DNA from: Antedon mediterranea
Lineage: Eukaryota > Animalia > Echinodermata
Length of the DNA: 64,000 bases
Direction of reading: 5' to 3'
Assembly: GCF_964355755.1 (NCBI RefSeq)
Contig: NC_092677.1
Location: 18,994,101 to 19,058,100 of the forward strand
Under the pieces are notes generated by a model, which searched no databases, had not been told where the DNA came from, and saw only the letters and a list, made by a program, of their open reading frames with translations. Within the stretch, counting starts at the first letter, position 1; each line of letters opens with the position of its first letter. Shown here one piece after another: positions 1 through 16,789 of this stretch. A program made the position numbers and the translations under genes.

Positions 1-140
1 TTTTTAATAACGGCACATACTTCGATACGAAAAACTAAACTTAAACTAAAGTAGGTGTACATTTACACATGATAGCGTATTAACACGGTTCAAAATGGTC
101 TAATGAACTTAACCTTACGTGGTTAGTTTTATTATCTTTT

Positions 141-1169
141 TGGTTATCCGCTCTTGGCGGATAACCCCTTGTTATTGTCAGGATCTTTTGACTTTAGAGT
201 CGCGCAGCGTAAGTTACGCGCGATTTTGTTAATTTTGCGTATTTAACATAGATTGAAAACCAAAAAGCAATTTTAATTGAAACTTGGCAAAAGTGTAATT
301 TATATCATGCGCTAACTTTCTATGGATTTAAAATGGCAGTTTTCAAAATGCGAAAATTCATTTTCTAATCAACTTTCTACGCGTTTCAGGTCATTTTGAG
401 CATTTCAAAAATTCCCACGCGTGCGCAATTTTTTTACGCGCGCGTGCGCACGTAGCGCAAAAACATCTTTTTTTTGCTTGATTTTTGTTTTTCCTATCTT
501 TTTTAGTAAATTTACCAACTTTCAAACAATTTCGACTTAAAATCACCTCATACGAGCACGTAGAATTGAACAATTTGCGCGCGTTTTTGATGAAAAAGTT
601 CAAAAATTCATGAAAATTATGCCTTTTTTAAAACAGTCATAGATTGTAAACTACGAGGTGAACTTTTTTTAAATTACACATTCTGGAAGTTGATGAGTTG
701 CAGATATCGAATCATGCATCGATATGGCTAACAGGACATAGTGACGTCATCGTATGGCCACTCAAATATAAAATATAGGATTTTTGTCTCTTTCGTCATA
801 GCTCATCACATTTAATAGAGCGCATCTCCACTTATCCTAATTCCATTTCCCCCCATTTTTTTATATTGTCTATGCCAATCAATTATCTTTCGCATGATAT
901 ACCGTTTTTAAAATTGTGATGACGTCATCATGTCCAAAAGCGTCAATAACTTGGGCCACTTATTTTCACATATTCTTCACTGTATGTAGTACGTATACAA
1001 TATATAGTGTATACTGTGTATACTTAGACGTGACGTAAAATAGAGAGCGCACTAACATTTTTTCAATGGCATAATGGTTTTCTCTGCGCAATATTCTAAC
1101 GTATGACGTGCACGTGGCGTTTGCTCTGCGGATAACCTAACTCGTCCGTAGTGACGAGTTCAAATCTAG
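141..1169 (+). mobile_element. Non-autonomous Helentron-associated element (HINE/DINE-1-like), apparently complete
   Basis: 5' end after a T-run: subterminal repeat GGTTATCCGC followed by its own inverted copy GCGGATAACC (142-166). 3' end: GCGGATAACC + stem-loop AACTCGTC-cgtagt-GACGAGTT + CAAATCTAG|TT (1127-1171). The same ends recur at 19503/19960, 57697/58120, 58129 and about 62170-62207. Confidence 0.7.
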
Positions 1170-1929
1170 TTATGGTTAGTATTGCAGATATAATTATAAT
1201 GTAAACATCTACGTTCAAATTGGAATTCTGTAATATGTGTCAATTTAGTTGTCCATGTCAGGGGCGGATCCAGGATTTTGTGAAAGGCAACTGTAGAGAG
1301 TCCAGGCGATTTTGAAAATATGACACCCGCTTAGCTAGATGGTCGGAAATGGTACTCTCACGTTATTATAAATTAAATGTAGAACAAGAAATATTTCTTA
1401 CAAAAAACGCCGCGTAACTTTTTGACTGGACAGTTGTAAGAACAGTCTTCATTAATCTAATATAATAGGTCGGCCAATCAAAACGCAAGTGAACAATTGG
1501 GACTTTACTTGTGATTTATGTCATTGGCCTGTCAGCACAGTCGTTTCTTTCTAGAATTAAACGCACAAACTTGTATTGGGAATAATGTATGTGGTTATTA
1601 CTATCGCATTTAGGTATTGATAATAATAATAATATGGCTTTTGAATATATAATTACTGTCTGTAGAATAACATTTATACATTTTTGGTTCGCGATGAAAA
1701 GTTATATGAATGGATTTGTAATAGGTATTTATAATAATAGTATATGGGTTGTATTATTGCTAAGCTATCACCAAATCGCGTTATAACATTATTTCTCATG
1801 GTTTTTTGCACCATTGATCAATACCAAACGCGTATCGGTATTATAGTTTTTAATGAATCATTACATTAATAAAAATTCCCAATTAAATCAATCGCGTCAG
1901 TCCAATTCCGACTTATGTTTCGATCACAT

Positions 1930-2086
1930 AGTTCTGTGTCTACACTGTCCCAACTAGTTTAACAAAAAAAGTGTGATGTGCCCAAATATGGTAGTGATAT
2001 GCCCGATTATCGTAGTGATATGACATCGTCATGTCTATATAATATGGGCACATCATATTTAGCTTGATAGCATAGACATAGCTTAA
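1930..2086. mobile_element. Short MITE (Harbinger-like); second copy at about 24853-24990
   Basis: Imperfect TIRs (CTGTGTCTACACT ... TAGCATAGACATAG). The internal AAAAAGTGTGATGTGCCCAAATATGGTAGTGATATG is shared with the 24.9-kb copy. Confidence 0.55.
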
Positions 2087-2106
2087 GGATTACATTTAAA
2101 AAATAT

Positions 2107-3230
2107 TACATTTTGAACGGAAGTATTTATTTGTTTATAAGCCCAATTTTCCAGTCTTAATTTTACATTTTGAAAAAAAAGTATTTATTTGTTTATAAGC
2201 CCAATTTTCCAGTCTTAATTTTACATTTTGAAAAAAAAGTATTTTATTTGTTGATAAGCCCAATTGTGCAGTCTTATTTTACATTTTGAACAAAAGTATT
2301 TATTTGTTGATAAGCCCAATTTTGCAGTCTTATTTTACATTTTAAACGAAATTATTTATTTGTTGATAAGCCGAATTTTCCAGTTTAATAATAATGACCC
2401 CTTCCACAGTGCTTATACCATATACATTTTACATGATATTGACCGTGGGTTCTTTACGCCTCTGATGATGCATTTGTTTTTATTGTACCTTTTTAATAAA
2501 TTATTATATGTTTAGGCCTAATCACACCCAATTTAATGAAACGGTCAGATTTCGATTTCAATTGAACGAAAGTAGTACTGTATTTATTATTCATTGATAA
2601 GCCAAGGGTCCCATGGCGTTAGCCGATATCTTGAGCATTTGACTCTTGTGTCAACCTGTAACACAAATCATTCTTCAAAATCTAAAGAAAGAACCCCACA
2701 CGTCTTTTTTGTGAGTGATACACTATGGATATGCCCACGGAAATAATATGTGGACATTGCAAACAATCATAGGCCTACAGTAACAAACATAACATGGCTA
2801 ATAAGCATAACATTCAGACTTGCTTGTTTTCTAGTGGATTTTTATTTACTTTAGCATGTAGAATAAAACTAGTAACAGTGGCTATATTAATAATTATACT
2901 GTTTATCCTTGATGTTATCGCGTCTAATAATAAAATATTTTGTTGTTGATAAGCCCAATTTTTCAGCCTTGATTTTACATTTTGAACGAAAGTATTTATT
3001 TGTTGATAAGCCCAATTTTACATGATATTGACCGAGGGTTTTTACGCCTCTATAGCCACTGATCAATACCATAATTAATGTACTTTTTTAAATGAATATT
3101 GAAATGTTTCAACATACCCAATTCAAAAAAACGGTCCGTTTTCGAGTTCAATCTTTTGATTAGAGAGGTTGGAATTTCATTTTGAACGAAAGTATTTATT
3201 TGATTGATAAGCCAAATTTCTAGTCCTAAT
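2107..3230. repeat. Approximately 57-bp AT-rich tandem/dispersed repeat
   Basis: Unit TTACATTTTGAACGAAAGTATTTATTTGTTGATAAGCCCAATTTTCCAGTCTTAATT. About 5 tandem copies at 2107-2385, further copies near 2565, 2935-3020 and 3177-3225. Confidence 0.8.
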
Positions 3231-3524
3231 GATTTGAGATTCAACGGGTTTTGCTTTCAATTGTATAGGCCTAATAATATAATTATATATATATATATAT
3301 AAATATAATATTAAGTATAATTATGAATTCACCAACACTTTCAGGCCCGGGGCCGAGTTTGTGTAGACCAGACTTCCATGCACAGCCACATGTTAAGGAA
3401 TATGAATCTCTTTATGATTTTAATATGGTTCGAAATGATATTACACAACAACGATTAGACAGCAACTGTGCAAGAGTCCAACTAATAAAATCGGAATGAT
3501 CAATTAATTGAACATTTACAGCAT

Positions 3525-3859
3525 AAGGCCCATACACTAGGAAGATAACGATCGACGATAAATAGACAAATGTGCACTTTTAATACATAAACCAAAAGAA
3601 ATATAAACAATTCCTTTGATGAAAATTATATTTTCACACGTCCAATCAAATGACGTGACAATACAGCGATTTTATTGTTTTTATTTATCATGACGTCATT
3701 TGATTGGAATTTGAAAAACATTATTTTTATCAAAGACAGCATAAATGATTATCCATAGGTCTAGAACGAAAACCTTTCTAATTTCTTTTGGTTTATGTAA
3801 AAAAAATGCATGCTATATATTTATCGTCCGTCTTTATCATCATAGTGTAATTGGGCCTT
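3525..3859. mobile_element. Fold-back MITE (PIF/Harbinger-like)
   Basis: AAGGCCCATACACTA ... TAGTGTAATTGGGCCTT termini; internal arms are also inverted (CCAATCAAATGACGT / ACGTCATTTGATTGG; ACATAAACCAAAAGAAA / TTTCTTTTGGTTTATGT). Confidence 0.6.
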
Positions 3860-4567
3860 TATACAAAAAAAATAAATTGATTACGAAGTTACATGTCATT
3901 TTCACCTATCACCAAAAAACTAACCTTTTCAAAACTAATTAATTGTTACGAAGCCAATTTATGTTATATGTTTCATTAAAACTGAACTTTACGGTAAATG
4001 AAGAGTAAGTATCAGTTAATATGAATAATATAACTAGTAGGTGAACTTGCGTCCAGACACAGAACTGTGACATTACTATCATAAATGTTGAAACCAATTA
4101 TAAAAACTTTTTTTTAAAGAAAATATAATTGTGTTAGGAGAAGGCTAATAAACAAATAGATAATGTACAAACCCTTTTCTGGATTAATTAATGAAGCAGG
4201 CGTTCCTAATATTCTGCTGCTGCGACCTAGACTGCTGTTCACCTTCTGACGATAATTGATTGGACCCCCCACGGCATCTGATAACCAACAAAAAATTTAC
4301 GAGGACTGTTTCAATGATTTAATATCTGACGGCGTATTATTATAACATTGGCCTAGATTGACAGTCAAAAAGTCATTGTAAATACCCACCTCCCTTTATG
4401 TTGACAGAGCCAAAATAAAGTTTTGACCATTATCGAACGATTATTTGACAGTGACTTATTATAATACCGGCCTGGTTGACAGCAAAAACGAAGTTATTAT
4501 TTATTGATCAAGATTTTACAGATTTCCGTCTACATCTCAATAATACTGTATTATCAGCAAAGGCTTT

Positions 4568-4742
4568 CATATAGACTCTCTTCTCCCAGACGTTTTTTGG
4601 GTCCAGCAGCTACCTATAAATTATAGTCGAGTTTCCAAATTCACAAAACTGTCAGCCTTAGATACTAAAGCTACCGCTATGAAACAGCTTATTAATGAAT
4701 GTGTCCTCCTGTGACATAGCTGGCTAGAGCCGCGGCGCGAAA
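4568..4742 (+). repeat. Dispersed repeat fragment; inverted copy at about 36180-36354
   Basis: TAGACTCTCTTCTCCCAGACGTTTTTTGGGTCCAGCAGCT ... ATAGCTGGCTAGAGCCGCGGCGCGAAA matches the reverse complement of 36180-36354. Confidence 0.65.
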
Positions 4743-5200
4743 AAATAATATTTTAGATATGAAAACTGAGATACTACCCTATTAAAAGGTGACATTTTCC
4801 CCACAAAGTTAGCGTTTGCACTGCTGAAAAAAGTGCTTCTCCAGGACATAGAACATTGTTAAATGATGCCCCAGATAGCCGGAAATGGTACTCTCGCACA
4901 TAAAATTTATGATAAATGGCAAAACGATCATACTTTTCCCCTCCAAAAACACACGTGACAAATTAAAGGACGATAACATTTGTTTGCCGATTTCATTCAC
5001 TCAGTATTTTGATTGCGTTGCATTCAAGTTCAGTGCAAACGTACATCTTTTAGGGGAATGCTTATTATAGTTCTATATTTATTTAAATCAATTGAAAATT
5101 AAATATATCAATATAAATATGTATTGATACAGTTGAGTACGTATAGATGGGTTGCCTAGAAAAAAAAATCGGTTGCTATAATGTAAACTAGAGTAGGCCT

Positions 5201-5500
5201 TTAGTGAGATCCAACTTACCCACTATACTGTGTTGTGAGAGCATGCATTGGGTTCAAATATCATTAGTAACTTCTTATACTTGGCTCCGTAATTATATAC
5301 ACATAATATATTCCAATAATAATGGTTTCTTCTGTACATGTACAGGATACGCAAAGTTCCTTGTGTTAACAAACAACGGTAAGTAAAATAAATACGTCCT
5401 GCTTGTTCGACGGTCGGTAGTTGAGAGAGAGAGACAAAGAATAAAAAGGTTTGCATGCCGTTCGTTACACCTGCTAACACATATGCAAATTGCCTCTACA
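5201..5500 (-). repeat. 3' LTR
   Basis: Base-for-base identical to 9701-10000 by eye; preceded on the minus strand by the polypurine tract. Confidence 0.95.
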
Positions 5501-5601
5501 TCAGCTCCCCTCTAGATCGCAAATGAAATGTTAGCGAGCGATGAATAAAAAAAAATGATTCTAGTATAAAACTTCCAGCACAATAAACTAACAGAATTTC
5601 T

Positions 5602-8600
5602 TCAACCGCAATCATAATCTGCAAGCTTACGTGGCCAGTGTACATGTCGTCCGCTACGCGTTTGCCGTGGCGGAGGTGCGACTGGAATAGCACTTGCGGT
5701 TGGGGAAAGCCCTGCTTCCGGTTGCCTTGACGATTCTGGAAAGTTGTTAATAGCTTTACCATTATTTACATAGGCGACTTTTAGTCTGTCCAAACTAACA
5801 GTTTCATGTTTACCTGCGATGCTCAAAACAAAGTATTTGTCAGTTCTGTTTAAAACTTTAAATGGCCCATTGTAAGGAGACTGAAGAGGTTTCTTTACGC
5901 TATCGCAACGAACAAACACGTGAGTACATTCACGCAAATCGTCGTGGATTTGTGCGGTGCGTTGATTCGCTCGTGTTGGCACTGGTCGAATATTCTGCAT
6001 GTGTCTTTGCAATCTATGTACGTAATTCGCAGGCTCATGTGAGGCGATATCAGTAGGCGCGACAAACTGCCCCGGAAGTTTCAGGGTTGCTCCATACACC
6101 AGTTCCGATGAAGAACAGCCTAAATCAACTTTGACCGCTGTCCGGAGACCCAGAAGAACTAAAGGTAAAGTTTCACTCCACTTCTGAGGATCATCTTGAG
6201 CCTTAAGCGAAACCTTTAATTGGCGGTGAAAACGTTCAACTAATCCATTTGACATAGGATGGTAAGATGTTGTTCGAATGCGTTTTGTGCCCAACATGTT
6301 AGATAGGGCGGTGAATAGTGCCGATTCGAACTGACGACCACGGTCTGTAGTGATGGTGGATGGCGCACCGAATCTGGATACCCAAACAGTGACAAACGCT
6401 TTGGCTACAGTTTCAGCGGTAATATTGGTGATTGATATGGCCTCTGGCCATCTTGTAAAGCGATCGATACATGTAAGTAGGTAAGTATAACCATCCGATA
6501 CAGGTAGAGGTCCTACCAAGTCTATGTGGACGTGGTCGAATCTTATGTCGGGCGTCGCAAACGTACCTAATGGTGTCACAGTGTGGCGATGAACCTTATT
6601 CTTCTGGCATTTTAAACAACACTTAGCCCATGTCCGCACATCACTGTTCATACCAGGCCAAACATACCGTGAAGCGATTAATTTTAGTGAAGCTCGAATC
6701 CCTGGATGAGAAAGTGAATGCAAAGAGTCAAACACTAACCTACGCATACCTTTGGGCACGAACGGTCTATGATTACCAGTGGTGACATCGCATACAATAG
6801 TACCGCCGCTAGTCGCTATCGGTACGTCTCTCAACTTGAAAACAGACTTATGCTGATGTTCGAGCAACTCCGCATCTTTTTGCTGGTGCCTAGCCATGAC
6901 GTCATAATCAATAGAAAGCTCCGATGAAGCTGACACTGCATTCAAGTCCATACGTGACAGTGCGTCTGCTACGGTATTCTCGCTACCCTTGACGTGTCGA
7001 ATGTCCGTGGTAAACTGTGAGACGTAGTCTAAGTGACGTATCTCTCGCGGCGAATATCGATCTGCGCTGGAACGTAATGCGTGTGTTAAAGGTTTATGGT
7101 CAGTTAAGATATAAAATGTTCTAGCTTCTAGAACGTGGCGAAAATGCTTAACTGCAAGATAGGTAGCTAGTAATTCCCGTCCAAAAGTACTATATCTCCT
7201 TTCCACCGGATTTAGACGTCGGGAAAAAAATGCAAGTGGATGCCAAATCCCTGCTACCATTTGTTGCAACACACCACCTACAGCGCAATTGGACGCATCT
7301 ACCATTAAACACAATGCAGCGTCAGGATGTGGATGTTCTAGAAGAGTTGATTCGACGAGTGCATACTTGACCTTGTTGAACGATTCAATTTCCGTCGGAG
7401 ATAGTTCAATCGCCTTTTTAGGTTTACCGACAAGTAAATCAGTTAATGGATGAATCAAATCCGAACATCTAGGTATAAACCGTCTGTAGAAATTAATTAA
7501 TCCCAGAAACTCACGTAATTTACGCACAGTATCTGGTACTGGAAACTGTTCAATCGCCTCAACCTTGGAACGCAATGGCTGTATCCCAAACTCGTTAATT
7601 TGATGACCTAAAAATTGTAGTGAAGACACACCCCATACACACTTGGACGGATTAACAATGATACCAAATTCATCGAGACGTTTAAAAAGTGCCTGAAGAT
7701 GCAATTCATGTTCAGCAGTATCCATGCTGGCAATAAGTAAGTCATCAATGTAAGCATACACGAAATTCATACCCCGCAACACCTGGTCAATAAAGCGCTG
7801 AAATGACTGTGCCGCATTTCGAAGACCAAATGGCATTCTTAAGAACTCGAACATGCCAAACGGCGTAGTAATAGCGGTTTTTGAAATGTCTTTAGGATCG
7901 ACGGGTATTTGATGATATGCACGTACCAAATCTATCTTAGAAAAAATCTTGCAACCCGAGAGAGTCGCGGTAAAGTCATGAATGTGAGGGATGGGGTACA
8001 TATCTGGAACAGTCACATTATTTAACGCTCGGTAGTCCCCACATGGCCTCCAATCACCTGTTGTTCCTTTAGGCACCATGTGTAGCGGCGACGACCAGTT
8101 ACTATCTGAGGGCCGTATAATTCCTAATTGTAACATATGATCAAATTCAGCCCGTGCAATTTTCAATTTCTCAGAAGACAATCGGCGAGGTCTGGCACAA
8201 ACTGGCAACCCATTTGTATTTATCTGATGTGTAACGTTATGTTTCACGCTTCCATTACGAAAACATGGTTTGGTAATCGTTTTATATTTGTTTAATATTT
8301 CCTGAAAACGAGGATTTACTTTTGGGGTCGGAAAGACCGGACTAAGTGATGCTAGGGTACATTCTATTCCCTTGACACTGATACTAGTAGTAGCATCGAA
8401 AAGTTTACGATTTTTTAAGTCCACAATTAAACCAAAACGTCGTAAAAAGTCGGCCCCAATAATCGCATTAGGCACATCAGCAACAGTAAATATCCACCTA
8501 TACGTGCGTCGAAATCCAAAATCAACTGTTAAGGAACGCTCCCCATAAGTAGATATTGTAGATTTGTTTACTGCTTGCAATACAAAGTCAGTTTTTCGGT

Positions 8601-8784
8601 GCAACTTGTCTGTTATTGATGGAGGTAACACGCTAACCTCCGCTCCAGTGTCAACTAAGAATCTAAGTCCCGAAGTACGATCAGAAATAAAAAATAGACG
8701 ACTACCTTCACCAACGCCAGCAGCTGTCGCCGTCTCTAGTCGCTGGCTTGGTCGTTTCCCGCCTTCTGTGAGGAAAAAGAGCAT
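5602..8784 (-). CDS. pol: Pol polyprotein (aspartic protease, reverse transcriptase, RNase H, integrase), probably expressed as Gag-Pol by -1 frameshift
   Basis: LVDTGAEVS protease motif; RT motifs [23 protein letters not shown]; RNase H DAS...RELLA...TDH; integrase HHCC (HSLSHPG...CLKC) and D,D(35)E ([22 protein letters not shown]). 1060 codons without stops. Confidence 0.97.
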   Translation of the reverse strand: MLFFLTEGGKRPSQRLETATAAGVGEGSRLFFISDRTSGLRFLVDTGAEVSVLPPSITDKLHRKTDFVLQAVNKSTISTYGERSLTVDFGFRRTYRWIFTVADVPNAIIGADFLRRFGLIVDLKNRKLFDATTSISVKGIECTLASLSPVFPTPKVNPRFQEILNKYKTITKPCFRNGSVKHNVTHQINTNGLPVCARPRRLSSEKLKIARAEFDHMLQLGIIRPSDSNWSSPLHMVPKGTTGDWRPCGDYRALNNVTVPDMYPIPHIHDFTATLSGCKIFSKIDLVRAYHQIPVDPKDISKTAITTPFGMFEFLRMPFGLRNAAQSFQRFIDQVLRGMNFVYAYIDDLLIASMDTAEHELHLQALFKRLDEFGIIVNPSKCVWGVSSLQFLGHQINEFGIQPLRSKVEAIEQFPVPDTVRKLREFLGLINFYRRFIPRCSDLIHPLTDLLVGKPKKAIELSPTEIESFNKVKYALVESTLLEHPHPDAALCLMVDASNCAVGGVLQQMVAGIWHPLAFFSRRLNPVERRYSTFGRELLATYLAVKHFRHVLEARTFYILTDHKPLTHALRSSADRYSPREIRHLDYVSQFTTDIRHVKGSENTVADALSRMDLNAVSASSELSIDYDVMARHQQKDAELLEHQHKSVFKLRDVPIATSGGTIVCDVTTGNHRPFVPKGMRRLVFDSLHSLSHPGIRASLKLIASRYVWPGMNSDVRTWAKCCLKCQKNKVHRHTVTPLGTFATPDIRFDHVHIDLVGPLPVSDGYTYLLTCIDRFTRWPEAISITNITAETVAKAFVTVWVSRFGAPSTITTDRGRQFESALFTALSNMLGTKRIRTTSYHPMSNGLVERFHRQLKVSLKAQDDPQKWSETLPLVLLGLRTAVKVDLGCSSSELVYGATLKLPGQFVAPTDIASHEPANYVHRLQRHMQNIRPVPTRANQRTAQIHDDLRECTHVFVRCDSVKKPLQSPYNGPFKVLNRTDKYFVLSIAGKHETVSLDRLKVAYVNNGKAINNFPESSRQPEAGLSPTASAIPVAPPPRQTRSGRHVHWPRKLADYDCG
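8716..8760 (-). promoter_or_regulatory. Programmed -1 ribosomal frameshift signal
   Basis: G_GGA_AAC heptamer (8754-8760) in the gag frame, 6-nt spacer, then a GCCAGC...GCTGGC stem, all within the gag/pol overlap. Confidence 0.8.
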
Positions 8785-9599
8785 GGTGAATTACATTTAT
8801 ATGCCTTGTTACCATATCGATGATGATACCAGCATAAACCATCATTAGATGTAGCAGAGGGCGAGCGTTTTCGGCTTTCACGTTGTTTACTACGGCTTCT
8901 GCCTCTGACTTGTTTCGCCAAGGAAGAAACGAGGCTAGTCAGCTTATTAACTTCAGCTCTCAATTCTCGTAATTCGTCTGACGTTGCGCGTGCACCTGTA
9001 TCCTTAATTGTCGTGGCAATAGTAGGTGGTGGTGGAGAAACTTCCAAAATTTTATCGGCCAACGCTGCCAGATCTGAAAGGTCCATATCCTCACGGGTGG
9101 ACGCTAATATCAATTGAACATTAGTAGGCAATCTTTGCACAAACAACTGTTTCAGGATGGATGTCTCTAAATCACGATCCCCCAGCAATTGGTACATCTT
9201 GCGTAGTAACTGACTAGGCTTGCGATCACCTAATTCTTCCGTTGTTAACAACTGATGAAGACGCTTTTGCTCCGACACGGATGTCCTTTTAACCAATTCC
9301 GATTTCAAATGGGTATATGGCCTCTGGTATGGAGGGCTTAGCAATAAATCCCGAACCTCCTGTGCGATATTAGGCGGCAAAGAAGCAATTATATACGAAT
9401 ACTTTGTTTCCTCAGCCGTAATTCCTCTGGTAACAAACTGAGCCTCCACTTGCGCAAACCAAATAAGTGGGTCATTCGGCCAAAATGGCGGCAATTTTAA
9501 ACTTACAGCAGCCGCCACAGGTGGTGCCTCATCCATTCTAGCGGCCATTTTGATCGGTGTAGCTCTTCCCGGAGAAGGTCTTGCCATAATTCCATTCAC
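8736..9599 (-). CDS. gag: Gag protein (287 aa)
   Basis: [22 protein letters not shown]-terminal capsid-like block, [13 protein letters not shown], and C-terminal [18 protein letters not shown] zinc motif; overlaps pol in the -1 frame. Confidence 0.93.
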   Translation of the reverse strand: MNGIMARPSPGRATPIKMAARMDEAPPVAAAVSLKLPPFWPNDPLIWFAQVEAQFVTRGITAEETKYSYIIASLPPNIAQEVRDLLLSPPYQRPYTHLKSELVKRTSVSEQKRLHQLLTTEELGDRKPSQLLRKMYQLLGDRDLETSILKQLFVQRLPTNVQLILASTREDMDLSDLAALADKILEVSPPPPTIATTIKDTGARATSDELRELRAEVNKLTSLVSSLAKQVRGRSRSKQRESRKRSPSATSNDGLCWYHHRYGNKAYKCNSPCSFSSQKAGNDQASD

Positions 9600-9680
9600 G
9601 TATCAAACAACGACAACTCAAAGTAATCTTGCAACAACGACGAAGAAAAAATATTTAAATATTCCAAGCACTCTCGTTAG

Positions 9681-9698
9681 ATCACGTCGGGGTCACCA
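9681..9698 (-). promoter_or_regulatory. Primer-binding site complementary to the tRNA-Trp 3' end
   Basis: Minus strand TGGTGACCCCGACGTGAT, 2 nt inside the 5' LTR; complementary to the ATCACGTCGGGGTCA-CCA 3' end of metazoan tRNA-Trp. Confidence 0.92.
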
Positions 9699-9700
9699 CT

Positions 9701-10000
9701 TTAGTGAGATCCAACTTACCCACTATACTGTGTTGTGAGAGCATGCATTGGGTTCAAATATCATTAGTAACTTCTTATACTTGGCTCCGTAATTATATAC
9801 ACATAATATATTCCAATAATAATGGTTTCTTCTGTACATGTACAGGATACGCAAAGTTCCTTGTGTTAACAAACAACGGTAAGTAAAATAAATACGTCCT
9901 GCTTGTTCGACGGTCGGTAGTTGAGAGAGAGAGACAAAGAATAAAAAGGTTTGCATGCCGTTCGTTACACCTGCTAACACATATGCAAATTGCCTCTACA
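9701..10000 (-). repeat. 5' LTR
   Basis: Identical to 5201-5500; starts TGTAG, ends CACTAA, followed by the PBS. Confidence 0.95.
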
Positions 10001-10434
10001 GGCCTATACATTTACCACAGTTAGTGCATGGACCTCTAATTTATAGGTCCATGGTTAGTGTACTACAGTATATTAACATATCCTCTATGATGATGATATA
10101 GCCACACATACTGTAGGTAACCAGCCACGGCTTTCAATTGTTGTCCTTTGTACGAATCGTCTGTGCCCCAGCTCGCGTCAACGTCAAGTTACATCCAGGG
10201 ACCAAAATGTGTTTGACTTGATCGTTGTACTTTTCTTTTGTTTAATCTCGGGCGACAATTACAACTGAATGGAAAAAACAGGTCATTTCGAGCGGCGGCA
10301 AAGTTATAACATTAAATGCACTTTATTTAAAGTTTATATAGGCCTATTAACATTGAACTTAGAATTTTGATTATAGCATTCAATTTTCTTTCAATTCTTT
10401 TGTTGATCATATTGGTTTTGTATTTTTTAAACAG

Positions 10435-14645
<4,211 letters not shown>

Positions 14646-15595
14646 GAACGTGAACACACATTGATATAATATAATTTCCTTTATAATAACGTAACAATAT
14701 AGTATAATAATGTGTCCTGATTTGCCGTTTTCGATTACTTTCTCTCACTCTGTTGCTTTAAATTGTCAAGAAATTGAAATCATAATGTGGCTTAATACAA
14801 TATTTGCATTAGTTATCCGCATATAACGGATAAATGTATTGAAAGTGGGTTTTAGATATCAATTATCAGACGTGTCCAAGGGTCGCTATCTTACCAGACC
14901 TGACATAAATTATTACAATGGCGTAAACAAACCGTAAATATGAATAGTATATTATCAGAGGGAAGAGTGAAATTCTAAAATAAAAATTAATTGCACTCTT
15001 CCTCGACTATCCCTGATAGTAGGGCCTTGTCGACTTGCCAGATGCGGGCAGAAAATAGATCGTACATTTTAATAATTATCGATTTATAATTGCCCCTATG
15101 TTTCATAATTGTTAGGATTTTTATTGTGCTACACTATTTTGTTGAAAATAAGCATTTTCTTATCAGTGGTGGATAGTTCAAATGACACAGTGAAATCCCT
15201 ATTGTACATAAATGTTGTAGAGAGGCATTTTTAAACAATTGGAAAAAAATAAACATTGTCGTAAAAAATATTATCAGATTACTAAATATAGATAATATAA
15301 CTTAAATGTTACGTTTTGTGCTATAGCAAAAATTATCCACTTTCTAGGGATTCACCGGATCTGGTAATACATTGGTTAAACTACGTTGTTTATAATTATA
15401 ACCATGGTGATATCTTGATACTTAAATGTGTTTTTTGCTGCCAAATAGCACTTAAATTAATATGTATATTGCAGTTGAAATGTTTGACACTAAAGAAATA
15501 TAAAAAAGCATTATAAAAACTGCTACCAAGTGGTGATTAAATATACAATATATGTTTTTTGTTCCTTTTTAAACATTTTGTTTAAAAACCCCTAT

Positions 15596-16285
15596 TTCCA
15601 CGACCGGTCGGTCGATAGTCACTAACTTGTATATGGCCTTGTCTTGATATCAGTTTCATCTAGCTAAGTTAATTTTTCACAGAATATTCCTTATGGCCAG
15701 GAATCGATGTGGTTATGTTTTCACGGTGCGCAATAAAAAATTACGCGGTCTACGCACGATTTAACGAAATCACGTTTGTAATCATATCTTCACAAGCAAG
15801 AATCACAATTAAATAAAAGTTGGTACTCATAAATATTAGGGCATAAATGGCAATACAATTACATGCGTAGCGCATGTAACGCATGCGTACGCGCGCTTAC
15901 AATTTTCAAAATTGTTTTCGATGAAATAAGGCAACATTTCAGGCAATTTTAGGCGTTTAAAAAATTGCCCTGAGTGCGCAGATTTTTGCACGCGCACTGC
16001 GCGTTAATGTTAATGCACTCTTTTTGCCCGATTTATGTTTTTCAACCTTTCTTTAATAATATCATCATATTAGATTCACTTTTCAACTCGAAATTACGTC
16101 ATACGAGCACGTCAAAAGTGACAGGCTACGCACGTGTACATTTAAAAAAATAAAAATGTTTTTTCAACTTTTTCAACATTTTTAAACATGTTCAGCAATT
16201 TCGGTTGGTTGGTCCGTCAGTAGGTCGGTCGGTTGGTCGGTAAACACTAACTTGAGCACGCGACTGCAGCCTTATGGCCTTGTTT
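15596..16285 (+). mobile_element. DINE-1/HINE-like element inside the duplication (partner about 18180-18786)
   Basis: GGTC/GGTT microsatellite followed by GCACGCGACTGCAGCCTTATGGCCTTGTTT terminus; internal CATACGAGCACGT core shared with the element at 141-1169. The 5' boundary is uncertain. Confidence 0.5.
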
Positions 16286-16718
16286 CATATAGAAATGCAT
16301 TATGGTGAAAACAATTCTTTCAACCTTTTACTAATTCTGAACATATCTTTCCTGTACTATTCATCAACAACAGCAACAGTCATCCTCCAAGCACAGGAAC
16401 ATAACACAAAAGTATGTGCAACATCAAAACAGTACAATTACATTGAAATCCCTTCACCATGCCTTCAACAAACACTGCATTTAGCCAAAGTAATTATATT
16501 AATTAATTATTGCTAACACCTTCATCTTTTAATTATTGTGTAGCGGCACAACATCTATAAATGTACAGGTAGCCCTTTCATCTGGGCCAGACGCAAAACA
16601 TGGCATCTATCTCTAGTTCCGAACAACTTTGGATGTCGTTGGTCGGTAAAGGGCCTAATCCTATTTTCCTCAGTTTAGAGTTAAGCTTGACGAGGATACC
16701 TTTGTTAATATCACCATT

Positions 16719-16789
16719 GATTATTATTATTATTATTATTATTGTTATTATTAGTGTTATTATTATTGTTATTATTATTATTATTATTA
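16719..16789. repeat. (ATT)n microsatellite; shorter allele at 19219-19248
   Basis: Direct inspection. Confidence 0.9.

Larger units (their letters stand above)
5201..10000 (-). mobile_element. Full-length Ty3/Gypsy LTR retrotransposon, CsRn1-type
   Basis: Two identical 300-bp LTRs (5201-5500, 9701-10000); GGCCT duplicated at 5196-5200 and 10001-10005; tRNA-Trp PBS; PPT AGAGGGGAGCTGA (5501-5513, minus strand); intact gag and pol in PR-RT-RH-IN order; Gag C-X2-H-X9-C-X3-C motif typical of the CsRn1 clade. Confidence 0.97.

Noticed and set aside
5201-10000. Round-number sizes (300-bp LTR, 4800-bp element) as a sign of synthetic insertion
   Set aside because: Natural TSD, PBS, PPT and frameshift signal are all present; coincidence is sufficient.
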